Assembly: GCA_963729605.1 (NCBI GenBank)
Contig: CAVSNY010000002.1
Coordinates: forward strand, 320,001-384,000
Source: an uncultured Gammaproteobacteria bacterium
GTDB lineage: Bacteria > Pseudomonadota > Gammaproteobacteria > DRLM01
Reading direction: 5' to 3'
DNA: 64,000 bases
In this document: one piece after another, positions 45,153-56,960 of the stretch
Layout: every line of letters starts with the position of its first letter
Position numbering within the stretch: the stretch's first letter is position 1
The notes under the pieces: generated by a model
Seen by the model: only the letters and a program-made list of their open reading frames with translations
Told to the model about the DNA's origin: nothing
Database searches by the model: none
Program-made: the position numbers and the translations under genes

Positions 45153-45695
45153 TCAATTATCCTCGTTCGGTTCATCATCGCCCGTGTTATCCATCAATTT
45201 CCGCAATTCGCGAAACAGCGCCCGCGCCGCGGCGGGGGCGAGTTCCGCATCGCGTTCCTTGCGCGCCTTGACGACCAGTTGGCGCAGATGCTGGCGGTCG
45301 GCGTGGGGATAGTCATTTATTAATTCGGCGAGCGCGGCGTCACCTTCGTCGAGCAGACGGTTGCGCCAGGCTTCGAGCCGATGCAGGTGCGCGGTGGTCG
45401 CGCGGTCTTTGCCTTCGAGGGCGTTGATCGCGGTTTGGATGGGCGCGGTGTCGATGTCGCGCATGAGTTTGCCGATGTATTGCAACTGCCGTCGCCGGCC
45501 GCCGTGGGCGGTGATGGCGCGGCAGGCGGCGAGGGCTTCGCGCAGCTTTTCCGGCAGGTCCAGTTTGGCCATGAGGGTCTTGAAGCGGGTGGCGGGCATG
45601 TCGACCAGGGCCAGCCCTAAGTCCTGGGCCGCGGTGGCCTCGCGTTTGAGCTGGGATTTGCTTTTGGGTTCGGGTGCGTCGTCGTAGGTTTCCAT
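45153..45695 (-). CDS. yjgA: Ribosome biogenesis factor YjgA (DarP)
   Basis: KSKSQLKRE, RRRQLQYIGKLMR, LE.WR.RL and DRQHLRQL. Confidence 0.93.
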   Translation of the reverse strand: METYDDAPEPKSKSQLKREATAAQDLGLALVDMPATRFKTLMAKLDLPEKLREALAACRAITAHGGRRRQLQYIGKLMRDIDTAPIQTAINALEGKDRATTAHLHRLEAWRNRLLDEGDAALAELINDYPHADRQHLRQLVVKARKERDAELAPAAARALFRELRKLMDNTGDDEPNEDN

Positions 45696-45876
45696 GGGAC
45701 GGGATGGTAGTGGAGTGCGGTGCAAGTTTCAAAGCCTGGATCGGCTATTATCACCAGAGACTCGCCGTATCGCGCGAAGAGTCCGGCGCCGCGCGACGGG
45801 TTTCAGCGGCGACGGCTTCGGTTACACTAACCGCACTTGACGCCCGCGCGTCACACACTATCGAATCAAACACGGG

Positions 45877-47223
45877 ATGAACGAGATGGGCAAACAGCCG
45901 GTGCCAAATCATCAGGAACTCAAGGCCGTGGTGGCCGCCATTCTCGACCAGGCCCAGCGCCAGGGCGCTTCGGCCGCCGAGGCGGGGGTGAGCGCGGAGG
46001 ATGGCCTGTCGGTGACGGTGCGTCTCGGCGAGGTGGAGACCGTCGAGCACAACCGCGACAAGGGGCTGGGCGTGACCGTGTATTTCGGCCGGCGCAAGGG
46101 TTCGGCCAGCACGTCCGATTATTCGGCGCGGGCCATCGAGGAGACCGTGCGCGCCGCCTGCGACATCGCCAAATACACCGCCGCCGATGAATACGCCGGC
46201 CTGGCCGACGCGGCGCTGATGGCGAAGAGTATCCCCGATCTCGATTTGTACCATGGCTGGGATGTGTCCGCGGAGCGCGCCATCGAGCTGGCGCGGGAGT
46301 GCGAGGCGGCGGCGCTGGCGGTGGACAAACGCCTCACCAATTCCGAGGGCGCGACGGTGTCCAGCCACAGCGGTTACCGCGTCTACGGCAACAGCCACGG
46401 CTTCGTCGGCGCCTATCCCAGCTCGCGGCACAGCGTGAGTTGCGCGGTGATCGCCGAGGACGGTCACGGCATGCAGCGCGATTATTGGTACACCGCGGCG
46501 CGCGACAGCCAGGATTTGGAGAACGCGCATAAGGTGGGCGTCCGCGCCGGCGAGCGCACCGTGCGCCGTCTCGGCGGCCAGCGTCTGTCCACCCGCCAGG
46601 CGCCGGTGATGTTCGCGCCGGAGATGGCGGCGGGGTTGTTTTCGCAATTCATCCGCGCGATCCGCGGCGAGAGCCTGTATCGCAAATCGTCGTTTCTGCT
46701 GGACAGCCTGGGCCAAGCGGTATTTCCCGCCTTCATGCGCATCCACGAGCAGCCCCATTTGAAGAAGGCCTTGGGCAGTGCGCCGTTCGACAGCGAAGGC
46801 GTGGCGACCCGCGCCCGCGATATCGTGAGCGCGGGCGTGGTGCAGGGTTATGTGCTGGACAGTTACGCCGCGCGCAAACTGGGCATGCAGACGACCGCCA
46901 ACGCCGGCGGGGTGCACAACCTCACCGTCGAACCGGGCGGCGACGATTTCGCCGCGCTGCTGCGGCGGATGGACAGCGGCCTGCTGGTCACCGAAATGAT
47001 GGGCATGGGCGTGAACATGGTCACCGGCGATTATTCGCGGGGCGCCGCCGGTTTCTGGGTGGAACGCGGCGAGATCCAATATCCGGTGGAAGAGATCACC
47101 GTCGCCGGCAATCTGCGCGAGATGTTCCGGTGCATCGTCGCGGTGGCCAATGACGTGGACCTGCGCAGCAATGTCCGCACCGGCTCGCTGTTGATCGAGA
47201 ATATGACCATCGGTGGGACGTGA
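45877..47223 (+). CDS. pmbA: Metalloprotease PmbA (TldE)
   Basis: MQRDYWY, PFDSEGV, TGDYSRGAAGFWVE and EITVAGNL. Confidence 0.96.
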   Translation: MNEMGKQPVPNHQELKAVVAAILDQAQRQGASAAEAGVSAEDGLSVTVRLGEVETVEHNRDKGLGVTVYFGRRKGSASTSDYSARAIEETVRAACDIAKYTAADEYAGLADAALMAKSIPDLDLYHGWDVSAERAIELARECEAAALAVDKRLTNSEGATVSSHSGYRVYGNSHGFVGAYPSSRHSVSCAVIAEDGHGMQRDYWYTAARDSQDLENAHKVGVRAGERTVRRLGGQRLSTRQAPVMFAPEMAAGLFSQFIRAIRGESLYRKSSFLLDSLGQAVFPAFMRIHEQPHLKKALGSAPFDSEGVATRARDIVSAGVVQGYVLDSYAARKLGMQTTANAGGVHNLTVEPGGDDFAALLRRMDSGLLVTEMMGMGVNMVTGDYSRGAAGFWVERGEIQYPVEEITVAGNLREMFRCIVAVANDVDLRSNVRTGSLLIENMTIGGT

Positions 47224-47296
47224 CGGCGCGCGTCGTCACGTCACCGCGCGCGCGGCGCATGACGGCCGCGGCGTGGCACATGCACGGGGAGAGGCG

Positions 47297-47518
47297 ATGA
47301 GCAAGTTGAAATTGGCGTTGAGCGTGGTGTTGATCGGCTTGGTGATGCTGTTCACCTTGCAGAACACCGCGGTGGTCGAGGTGCGTTTCCTGTTGTGGAC
47401 GCTGTCGATGTCGCTGGTGTTGCTGATTTTCGGTCTGCTGGTGATCGGTGTCTTGCTGGGATGGTTGCTCGCCACGCTGGGACGCCGTTCGGATTCGCCG
47501 CCCAGGCCTTACTCTTGA
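47297..47518 (+). CDS. LapA / DUF1049-family small membrane protein
   Basis: Two TM segments with F.LQN...V.V.FL.W; GAGG RBS. Confidence 0.75.
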   Translation: MSKLKLALSVVLIGLVMLFTLQNTAVVEVRFLLWTLSMSLVLLIFGLLVIGVLLGWLLATLGRRSDSPPRPYS

Positions 47519-47630
47519 GATAAATATCCGGGAAGCGCGGTACGCCAAGTCGGCCCTGCTTTTCTCCCTGATTTTCTTGGCGCTTGGCGCCTGGTTTGTT
47601 TCGCGCCTTCCCACTGCGACGAGAGCATGC

Positions 47631-48701
47631 TTAAAACCACCCCCGCCGTTTGAAGAACACCAGCATGCCGGCGATCATCGCGAAGATCACCAGCCATACC
47701 AGCGGATAGCCGTAATGACTGTGCAGTTCGGGCATCGCCCACGGGCTGTCGGGGTTGGAGAAGTTCATGCCGTAGACGCCCACTAAAAACGTCGGCGGGA
47801 TGAAGAGGGTGGTGATGACGGTGAGTACCCGCATGATCTCGTTGAGCCGCTGGCTGCTGCTGGAAAGATAGACGTCGAGCATATTGGCGGTCATGTCGCG
47901 ATAGGTCTCGAACAGGTCCATGATCTGGATGGTGTGGTCGTAACAATCGCGGAGATAGGGCTTGGTCTCTTCCTGAATCAGGGCCTGGTCTTCGCGCAGC
48001 AGTTGGCTGAGCACCTCGCGCTGCGGCCATAACAGCCGCCGCAGCAGGAGCAGATCGCGTTTGAGTTGATGGATCTCGCCGAGGATGTATTTGGACGGCG
48101 CGTCGAGCAGCTGGTTTTCCAATGCCTCGATTTCTTCGCCAAAGGCCTCCAGGATAGGAAAGCCTTGATCGATGATCAGATCGAGCAGCGTATACAACAG
48201 ATAATCCACGCCCCGCGCGCGCATGCGTTCGTCGGCGCGCAGCCGTTTGCGCACCAGCTCGAAGATGTCGTCATCGCCGTTGTAAAAACTGATGAGGTAG
48301 TTCTTGCCCAAGAACAGGCTGACCTGTTCGCTGGTCAGCTGGTCGTCGCGCCACGCCGGCAGGCTCATCACGATGAAAAGCTGATGGTCATGGGCTTCGA
48401 CCTTGGGACGCTGGCCGGTGTTGAGCACGTCTTCCAAGGTCAGCGGATGCAGGCCGAAGGTCTCGCCCAACTCGCGCATCAGCGCCGGCCCGGCCCGGCC
48501 GTGGGCGTGAATCCAGGTGAACATATCGTCGGCCAGCGAGGATTTGCATTGGACGGGGCTGACCCCGTCTTGCTCGCTCAAGCCGGCGGCGGAATAATCG
48601 ATCAACCGCAGGCGCAGCGGATGGTCCGCCGTCGCGGCGTGTTCCACCAGGGTGCCGGGCGGGGTGCCGGGCGGATGGTAACGTTTGGTGAAATAAGCCA
48701 T
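47631..48701 (-). CDS. corA: Mg/Co transporter CorA
   Basis: HPLTLED, QRPKVE and the YGMNF...MPEL signature. Confidence 0.95.
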   Translation of the reverse strand: MAYFTKRYHPPGTPPGTLVEHAATADHPLRLRLIDYSAAGLSEQDGVSPVQCKSSLADDMFTWIHAHGRAGPALMRELGETFGLHPLTLEDVLNTGQRPKVEAHDHQLFIVMSLPAWRDDQLTSEQVSLFLGKNYLISFYNGDDDIFELVRKRLRADERMRARGVDYLLYTLLDLIIDQGFPILEAFGEEIEALENQLLDAPSKYILGEIHQLKRDLLLLRRLLWPQREVLSQLLREDQALIQEETKPYLRDCYDHTIQIMDLFETYRDMTANMLDVYLSSSSQRLNEIMRVLTVITTLFIPPTFLVGVYGMNFSNPDSPWAMPELHSHYGYPLVWLVIFAMIAGMLVFFKRRGWF

Positions 48702-48890
48702 GGGACCTCCGGGAAGGCGCAGTGTAATGATGTCAATCGATTGTCGCACATCATGTTTCATGAACCTACGCCGGCCAATGGGCGTAGCCTCGGCGTAGCG
48801 CGTCGGGTATCATCCGGGTTATCCTTTGCGCCGGGGTCGCGCGCCCATATGAGCGCGCGAAGCCTGGCTCATCAACGATTGCAATTCATC

Positions 48891-49709
48891 ATGTCGCAAG
48901 GTCGCGAGAATCAATCCCTGATCGAAATTCGAGGTCTGCGTTTCAGCCGCGGGACCCGCGTGATCTTTGACGGCGTGGATATGGATATCCCGCGCGGCAA
49001 GGTGACCGCCATCATGGGCCCCAGCGGCACCGGCAAGACCACGCTGCTGCGGATGATCGGCGGGCAATTGCGGCCGCGGGCCGGCCGGATCACGGTGGAA
49101 GGTCAGGACGTCCACGCCTTGCGCCGCGGCGAACTGTACGCCTTGCGCAAGCGCATGGGGATGTTGTTCCAGACCGGCGCCCTGCTCACCGATCTCAACG
49201 TCTACGACAATGTGGCCTTTCCCTTGCGCGAGCATACCGAGCTGCCGGAGACCATGATCCGCGACCTGGTATTGATGAAGCTGGAAGCCGTGGGACTGCG
49301 CGGCGCGCGCGACATGATGCCCAGCGAGTTGTCCGGCGGCATGGGGCGGCGGGTGGCCCTGGCGCGGGCCATCGCGCTGGATCCGATGATGATTATGTAT
49401 GATGAGCCCTTCACCGGCTTGGACCCGATTTCCAAGGGCGCGGTGGTGGAATTGATCAGCAGGATCAATGCCGCGTTGGGGGTGACCAGCATCGTCGTCT
49501 CGCACGACGTGCGGGAAACCGCCGCGATCTCCGACTATATTTATGTGCTGTCCGACGGCAAGGTGGTGGGCCAGGGCGCGCCCAAGGAACTGATGGAGAG
49601 CGATTCACCGTGGGTGCGGCAATTCATGCAGGGTCTGCCCGACGGCCCCGTGCCCTTTCATTATCCGGCCTCCGATTACGCCGCCGACCTGTTGGCGGGA
49701 CAAGGCTGA
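48891..49709 (+). CDS. mlaF: Mla ABC transporter ATPase
   Basis: [26 protein letters not shown] and [14 protein letters not shown]. Confidence 0.93.
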   Translation: MSQGRENQSLIEIRGLRFSRGTRVIFDGVDMDIPRGKVTAIMGPSGTGKTTLLRMIGGQLRPRAGRITVEGQDVHALRRGELYALRKRMGMLFQTGALLTDLNVYDNVAFPLREHTELPETMIRDLVLMKLEAVGLRGARDMMPSELSGGMGRRVALARAIALDPMMIMYDEPFTGLDPISKGAVVELISRINAALGVTSIVVSHDVRETAAISDYIYVLSDGKVVGQGAPKELMESDSPWVRQFMQGLPDGPVPFHYPASDYAADLLAGQG

Positions 49710-50488
49710 TGTCGGCGTGGTTGGCGCGTTTGGGTCGGGCGGGTCTGTCGTTCTTCGAACGTTTGGGACGGGGCCATCTTTTTCTGTTGCAGGTGCTGGC
49801 GGGCGTGCCGGGTTTGTTGTTGCGGCCGCGCCTGGTGATTCAGCAGATCTACTCGGTGGGCGTGTTGTCGCTGGTCATCATCGTGGTGTCCGGCCTGTTC
49901 GTCGGCATGGTGCTCGGTTTGCAGGGGTACAATACCCTCGCCGATTTCGGCGCCGCCGAATCCCTGGGGGTGCTGGTGGCCCTGTCCCTGGTGCGCGAAT
50001 TGGGGCCGGTGGTCACCGCGCTGCTGTTCGGCGGTCGGGCCGGTTCGGCGCTTACCGCCGAGATCGGGCTGATGAAGGCCACCGATCAACTCTCCGGCAT
50101 GGAGATGATGGCGGTGGATCCGCTGCGACGGGTGATCGCGCCGCGTTTCGTGGCGGGTTTCATCGCGATGCCCCTGCTGGCGGCGATCTTCAGCGCGGTC
50201 GGGGTGATCGGCGGTTACTTCGTCGGCGTCGGTCTGCTGGGGGTGGACGCGGGCGCGTTTTGGTCGCAGATGCAGGCGCGGGTGGATTTGTACGACGACG
50301 TGATGAACGGCGTAATCAAGAGCCTGGCCTTCGGTTTCGTCGCGACCTGGATCGCCGTGTACGAAGGATATGACGCCACGCCCACCGCCGAGGGCGTGAG
50401 CCGCGCCACCACCCGTACCGTGGTGCATACCGCCCTGGCGGTGCTGGGATTGGATTTCGTGTTGACCGCCTTAATGTTCGGTGAATAA
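49709..50488 (+). CDS. mlaE: Mla permease
   Basis: [29 protein letters not shown] and [12 protein letters not shown]. Confidence 0.95.
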   Translation: MSAWLARLGRAGLSFFERLGRGHLFLLQVLAGVPGLLLRPRLVIQQIYSVGVLSLVIIVVSGLFVGMVLGLQGYNTLADFGAAESLGVLVALSLVRELGPVVTALLFGGRAGSALTAEIGLMKATDQLSGMEMMAVDPLRRVIAPRFVAGFIAMPLLAAIFSAVGVIGGYFVGVGLLGVDAGAFWSQMQARVDLYDDVMNGVIKSLAFGFVATWIAVYEGYDATPTAEGVSRATTRTVVHTALAVLGLDFVLTALMFGE

Positions 50489-50492
50489 GCCT

Positions 50493-50963
50493 ATGAAACA
50501 ATCGACGACGCTGGAGATCATGGTGGGGGTGTTCGTGGCCTTGGGGTTCGCGGCGCTGTTCATGCTCGCCATGAAGGTCAGCAATATCAGCGCGCTCAAT
50601 AACGAAGACGGTTATCAGGTGAAGGTGTACTTCGAAAACGTCGGCGGTTTGAAGGTGCGTTCGCCGGTGACGGTGGCCGGGGTGCGGGTCGGCCGGGTCG
50701 AGCGCATCGAATTCGACGAAAAGCTGCTCGAGGCGCGGGTGACCCTGAAAATCAAACGCGACATCCGCCTGCCCTCCGACAGCAGCGCCGGCATTTTCAC
50801 CGCCGGTCTGCTCGGTGAGCAATACGTGGGTTTGGAGCCGGGCGGCGCGGACACTGATTTACAAGAAGGCGATGTCATCGCCCTCAGCCAGTCGGCCCTG
50901 GTTCTGGAGCAGATCATCGGCCGGGTCTTGTTCAGCAAGGCCGCCGAAGGAGACGCGCAATGA
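50493..50963 (+). CDS. mlaD: Single-MCE-domain protein MlaD
   Basis: FENVGGLKVRSPV..AGV.VGRV, TAGLLGEQY and QSALVLE. Confidence 0.95.
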   Translation: MKQSTTLEIMVGVFVALGFAALFMLAMKVSNISALNNEDGYQVKVYFENVGGLKVRSPVTVAGVRVGRVERIEFDEKLLEARVTLKIKRDIRLPSDSSAGIFTAGLLGEQYVGLEPGGADTDLQEGDVIALSQSALVLEQIIGRVLFSKAAEGDAQ

Positions 50964-52330
50964 GACGGGGCGTCTTGCCGCTGTTGGTGACGGCGGTGTT
51001 GTGCGTCCAGGCATGGCTGTCGCCGGCGCGGGCGGAAACAGTGGATCTCGAACAGGCCGTGGAGCGGGCGCTCAAGCACGATCCGCGCATCGAGGAGATG
51101 CGGCAGTTGGTCGAAGTCGCGCGCAGCATGGTCTCCGAGGCGGAGGGCCACGGCGGCTGGATCGTGGACGGCAATCTGTTTTTGGGGGTGGCGCCGCAGG
51201 TGGAAGGCGGGTTTTTTGAAAACGGCGGCTGCGCGCCCGGTAATTGCGTGGTGCGTTCCGATCGTTACGATATCGACGGTTTCGCGCCGTGGACGTCGCT
51301 TAAATTGTCCCTCATCAAGCCACTCTATACGTTCGGCAAGATCGAAAATTTTGCGGACGCGGCCCGCGCCAATGTCGAAGTGAAACGCGGCGACGTGGAT
51401 CTGCAACGCGGCGCCACGGTGCTGGATGTGAAACGGGCTTATTACGGTCATCTCGCCGCCCGCGATACCCGTCTGTTGCTGGAAGAGGCCCGCGTCCGGA
51501 TCGACGGCGCGGTCTCGCTGGCGCAGGAGTGGCTGGACGAGGGCGATCATGACATCCGTCAGGCCGATCTCTTCGCCTTGCAATCCGGGTCGGCGGTGAT
51601 CGGCAAATACATCGCCCAGGCCACGGCCTTGGAGAACATCGCCATCGATGGGTTGAAGGTATTGACCGGGGCCGGCCTGTCCGCCGAGTTGGATGTAGCG
51701 GACAAGGCCTTGCAACCGGTCGCCTTGCCGGAGCTGAATCTCGAGGAATTGCAGCGGCAGGCCCTCGCCAACCGGCCGGAAATGGCGCAGGTGGAGGCCG
51801 GTTTGCGGGCGCGGCGGGCCTTGGTGGCGGCCAACAAGGCCGGCGCCAAACCCAACGTCTATGCCGGCGCGGTGGGGATATTGGCGTATACGCCCAAGCG
51901 CGATCGCCTCGATAACCCCTATGTCACCGATCCGTTTAACGATATGGGTCTGAGCCCGGTAGTGGGGATCAAATGGGATTGGAGCGGGGGGGTGCAGTCG
52001 GCCCGGGTGATGCGCGCCGAGGCCGAACTCAACGCCTTGATCGCCAAATCGGCCTTCGCCCGGGAAGGTATTCCGTTTCAAGTGGTCGAACAATATCACC
52101 AGGTGGGTGCCCATCATGAAGCGGTGACGAGCCTGGCCGAGGCCAGCCGCGCCGCACGGCGCTGGATGATCGCCAGTTTCGCCGATTTCGAGGCCGGCGT
52201 GGATAAAGGCGACAAGGTGGTGGATGCGCTGCAAGCGTATGTGCTGGCGCATACCGACTATCTGCGTACCGTCTTCGACTACAATATGCATGTGGCGCGG
52301 TTACTCAATGTCACGGGAGCAAGTCAATGA
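50960..52330 (+). CDS. TolC/OEP-family outer-membrane channel protein inside the mla operon
   Basis: Signal peptide; DLEQAVERAL..DP.I, PLYTFGKI, VKRAYY, ALANRPE and YN..VARL..VTG give a two-repeat OEP architecture. ATGA overlaps with mlaD and mlaC. Confidence 0.88.
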   Translation: MRRGVLPLLVTAVLCVQAWLSPARAETVDLEQAVERALKHDPRIEEMRQLVEVARSMVSEAEGHGGWIVDGNLFLGVAPQVEGGFFENGGCAPGNCVVRSDRYDIDGFAPWTSLKLSLIKPLYTFGKIENFADAARANVEVKRGDVDLQRGATVLDVKRAYYGHLAARDTRLLLEEARVRIDGAVSLAQEWLDEGDHDIRQADLFALQSGSAVIGKYIAQATALENIAIDGLKVLTGAGLSAELDVADKALQPVALPELNLEELQRQALANRPEMAQVEAGLRARRALVAANKAGAKPNVYAGAVGILAYTPKRDRLDNPYVTDPFNDMGLSPVVGIKWDWSGGVQSARVMRAEAELNALIAKSAFAREGIPFQVVEQYHQVGAHHEAVTSLAEASRAARRWMIASFADFEAGVDKGDKVVDALQAYVLAHTDYLRTVFDYNMHVARLLNVTGASQ

Positions 52331-52944
52331 AATCATGGTTTAAGGGGTTTATGGTGGGTCTGGCTTTGCTGGCCGGCGGCAACGTGCTGGCGGCGGTGTC
52401 GCCGCAAGAGCTGGTGCAGCGCACCGCCGAGGAAATGTTGACCAAGCTGCGCGCCGAGAAGCAGGTGATCGAGCGGCACCCGGAGCGGATTTACGAGTTG
52501 GTCAATCAAATCGTCCTGCCCCATTTCGACTTCGAGCGCATGTCGAGCTGGGTGTTGGGCAAACACTGGCGCGCCGCCACGCCGGCCCAAAAGGAACGGT
52601 TCACGACGGAGTTCCGGACCCTGCTGGTGCGGACCTACGCCAAATCCCTGTCGGCATACACGGACAGCAAGATTTCCTATCTGCCCATGCGCCCCTCGCC
52701 GCAGGAGGATCAGGTCAAGGTGCGCACGGAGGTCGATCAGCCGGGCGGATTCCCCATTCCCATCGATTACGAATTACGCCGCCAGGGCGACGACTGGAAG
52801 GTGATCGACGTGACCATCGACGGCGTCAGCCTGGTCACCAATTACCGCTCCACCTTCGCCTCGCAGATCCGCCAGGACGGTTTGGACAAGCTCATCACCG
52901 TGCTGGCGGAGCGCAATCAGCGCAACCTCCCGGCGCCGAAATGA
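52327..52944 (+). CDS. mlaC: Periplasmic phospholipid shuttle MlaC
   Basis: PHFDFERM...VLGKHWR and WKVIDV.IDGVSLVTNYRS.F. Confidence 0.93.
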   Translation: MKSWFKGFMVGLALLAGGNVLAAVSPQELVQRTAEEMLTKLRAEKQVIERHPERIYELVNQIVLPHFDFERMSSWVLGKHWRAATPAQKERFTTEFRTLLVRTYAKSLSAYTDSKISYLPMRPSPQEDQVKVRTEVDQPGGFPIPIDYELRRQGDDWKVIDVTIDGVSLVTNYRSTFASQIRQDGLDKLITVLAERNQRNLPAPK

Positions 52945-53246
52945 GCGTCTTGCGCGTCGAGCCGCGCGACGAGGGCGGTTACACGGTGTCCGGAGAACTG
53001 ACCTTCGCCACCGTCCCCGCCGCTTGGCGGGAAACGCAAAACCTGTTCGCGGACGGACAATCTTTGCGTTTCGATCTGGCGGAGGTCGAGCGGGCCGACA
53101 GCGCGGGCATCGCCCTGCTCATCGAATGGCTGCGTCTGGCCCGCCGGAACGGCGCGCGGGTCAGTTACGAACATATGCCGCCGCAAATCCTCGCCATCGC
53201 GCGAGTCACGGGATTGGAGGCGATGTTGTCTCCGCCGGCCGCTTAA
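52941..53246 (+). CDS. mlaB: STAS-domain protein MlaB
   Basis: GELTFATVP and DLAEVERADSAGIALL. Confidence 0.9.
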   Translation: MSVLRVEPRDEGGYTVSGELTFATVPAAWRETQNLFADGQSLRFDLAEVERADSAGIALLIEWLRLARRNGARVSYEHMPPQILAIARVTGLEAMLSPPAA

Positions 53247-53334
53247 GGCTTACAAAAGCCCGGGCGAGCAGGTATGCTGTCACGCTCCGGCGACACCCGC
53301 CTGAAGACGCAAACCAATAGCAAATACGAACCTC

Positions 53335-54907
<1,573 letters not shown>

Positions 54908-54937
54908 TGTGAACCCATCCATCGCCACGCCGCCGTC

Positions 54938-55585
54938 ATGACCAATACCATCACCATCGCCGTCTCCAAGGGGCGCATTTTCAAAGAGGCCCTGCCGCTG
55001 CTGGCGGCGTCGGGCATCGTGCCCGTCGACGATCCGGCCACCAGCCGCAAGCTGGTGCTCGACACCAATCAACCCGACGTGAAACTGGTGATCATCCGCG
55101 CCTCCGACGTGCCGACCTATGTCGAATACGGCGCGGCGGATTTGGGCGTGGCGGGCAAAGACGTGCTGATGGAATATGAAGGCGACGGCTTGTACGAACC
55201 CCTGGATTTGCAGATCGCCCGCTGCCGTTTGATGCTGGCCGGACCGCCCGGCGCCGCCACCGGCCAGACCCGGTTGCGCATCGCCACCAAATACGTCCAC
55301 TCCACCCGCCGTTATTTCGCCGAGCAGGGCAAGCAGGTGGAGATCATCAAACTCTACGGCTCCATGGAATTGGCGCCGCTGGTGCGGTTGGCTGATCTGA
55401 TCGTCGATTTGGTGGACACCGGCAACACCCTCAAGGCCAACGGCCTGGCGCCGCTCGAACACATCGCCGACATCAGTTCGCGGCTGATCGTCAACAAGGC
55501 CTCGATGAAAATGAAACACGCGCGCGTCAACGCCTTCGTGCGCAGCATGGCCGAGGCGGTGGAACAGCGGGCGGGCGGTAAATGA
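54938..55585 (+). CDS. hisG: ATP phosphoribosyltransferase (short form)
   Basis: [27 protein letters not shown]; 215 aa. Confidence 0.96.
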   Translation: MTNTITIAVSKGRIFKEALPLLAASGIVPVDDPATSRKLVLDTNQPDVKLVIIRASDVPTYVEYGAADLGVAGKDVLMEYEGDGLYEPLDLQIARCRLMLAGPPGAATGQTRLRIATKYVHSTRRYFAEQGKQVEIIKLYGSMELAPLVRLADLIVDLVDTGNTLKANGLAPLEHIADISSRLIVNKASMKMKHARVNAFVRSMAEAVEQRAGGK

Positions 55586-55628
55586 ACACGGTGCGTGACG
55601 CGCGGCGGGCGCGGGGAGGACGACGGGC

Positions 55629-56954
55629 ATGATCGAAATCAAGCGTCTCAATTCGCAAAGCGCCGACTTCTGGCCCAGTCTCGAAGACCTGCTGGCGTGG
55701 GAGAGTGTATCCGACGCGGCGGTGGCGCGGACCGTCGAGGCCATCCTCGCCGACGTGAAGCGGCGCGGCGACGCCGCGGTGCTCGACTACACCAACCGCT
55801 ACGACCGCATGCAGGCGCGCGATTTGCGCGAACTGGAAATTCCCGCCGCCCGTTTGCGCGAGGCGCTGGCGCGGATTCCCGCCGCCACCCGCGGCGCGCT
55901 GGAGACCTCGGCGGCGCGGCTGCGCGCGTATCACCGGCATCAGAAACAGGAAACCTGGACTTATACCGAGGCCGACGGCACCTTGCTGGGCCAGCAAATC
56001 ACCCCGCTGGATCGGGTCGGCCTGTACGTGCCCGGCGGCAAGGCGGCGTATCCGTCGTCAGTGTTGATGAACGCCATCCCCGCCAAGGTGGCCGGCGTGC
56101 CCGAGGTGGTGATGGTGGTGCCGACGCCCGGCGGCGAATTGAATGAATTGGTGTTGGCCGCCGCGGCGCTGGCCGAAGTCGATCGCGTCTTCGCCATCGG
56201 CGGCGCACAGGCGGTGGCGGCGCTGGCCTACGGCACCGAGAGCGTGCCGCGCGTCGACAAGATCGTCGGCCCCGGCAACATTTATGTCGCCACCGCCAAA
56301 CGCATGGTCTACGGCACGGTGGGCATCGACATGATCGCCGGGCCGTCGGAGATCCTCATCGTCTGCGACGGCGAGACCGATCCGGACTGGACGGCGATGG
56401 ATTTATTCTCGCAGGCCGAACACGACGAGGACGCGCAATCGATACTGCTGTGTCCGGACGCCGACTACCTCGACGCGGTGCAGGACAGCATCGAAAAATT
56501 ATTGCCGCAGATGGAACGCGCCGAGATCATCCGCAAATCGCTCTCCGCGCGCGGCGCCTTGATTCAAGTGCGCGATCTCGATGAAGCGGCGGAAGTGGCC
56601 AATTTCATCTCGCCGGAACATTTGGAATTGTCGGTGGCCGATCCGCAAACCCTCGTCAAAAGCATCCGTCACGCCGGCGCGATCTTCATGGGCCGCTACA
56701 CCGCCGAGGCGGTGGGCGATTATTGCGCCGGTCCCAATCACGTGTTGCCGACCTCGCGCACCGCGCGGTTTTCCTCGCCGCTCGGCGTCTACGATTTTCA
56801 AAAACGCTCCAGCCTCATCCTGTGTTCGCCCGAGGGCGCACGCACGCTGGGGGCGACGGCGTCGTTGCTGGCGCGCGGCGAAGGTCTCACCGCCCACGCC
56901 CGTTCCGCGGAATACCGGATGGGCGCGCGTGGCGAAGGTCATGAGTTGGAATAG
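55629..56954 (+). CDS. hisD: Histidinol dehydrogenase
   Basis: [22 protein letters not shown] and GPNHVLPT. Confidence 0.97.
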   Translation: MIEIKRLNSQSADFWPSLEDLLAWESVSDAAVARTVEAILADVKRRGDAAVLDYTNRYDRMQARDLRELEIPAARLREALARIPAATRGALETSAARLRAYHRHQKQETWTYTEADGTLLGQQITPLDRVGLYVPGGKAAYPSSVLMNAIPAKVAGVPEVVMVVPTPGGELNELVLAAAALAEVDRVFAIGGAQAVAALAYGTESVPRVDKIVGPGNIYVATAKRMVYGTVGIDMIAGPSEILIVCDGETDPDWTAMDLFSQAEHDEDAQSILLCPDADYLDAVQDSIEKLLPQMERAEIIRKSLSARGALIQVRDLDEAAEVANFISPEHLELSVADPQTLVKSIRHAGAIFMGRYTAEAVGDYCAGPNHVLPTSRTARFSSPLGVYDFQKRSSLILCSPEGARTLGATASLLARGEGLTAHARSAEYRMGARGEGHELE

Positions 56955-56960
56955 GAAGAA

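Noticed and set aside
48066-48890. Apparent 275-aa N-terminal extension of MlaF
   Set aside because: It lies largely antisense to corA; MlaF similarity begins at about MSQG (48891).
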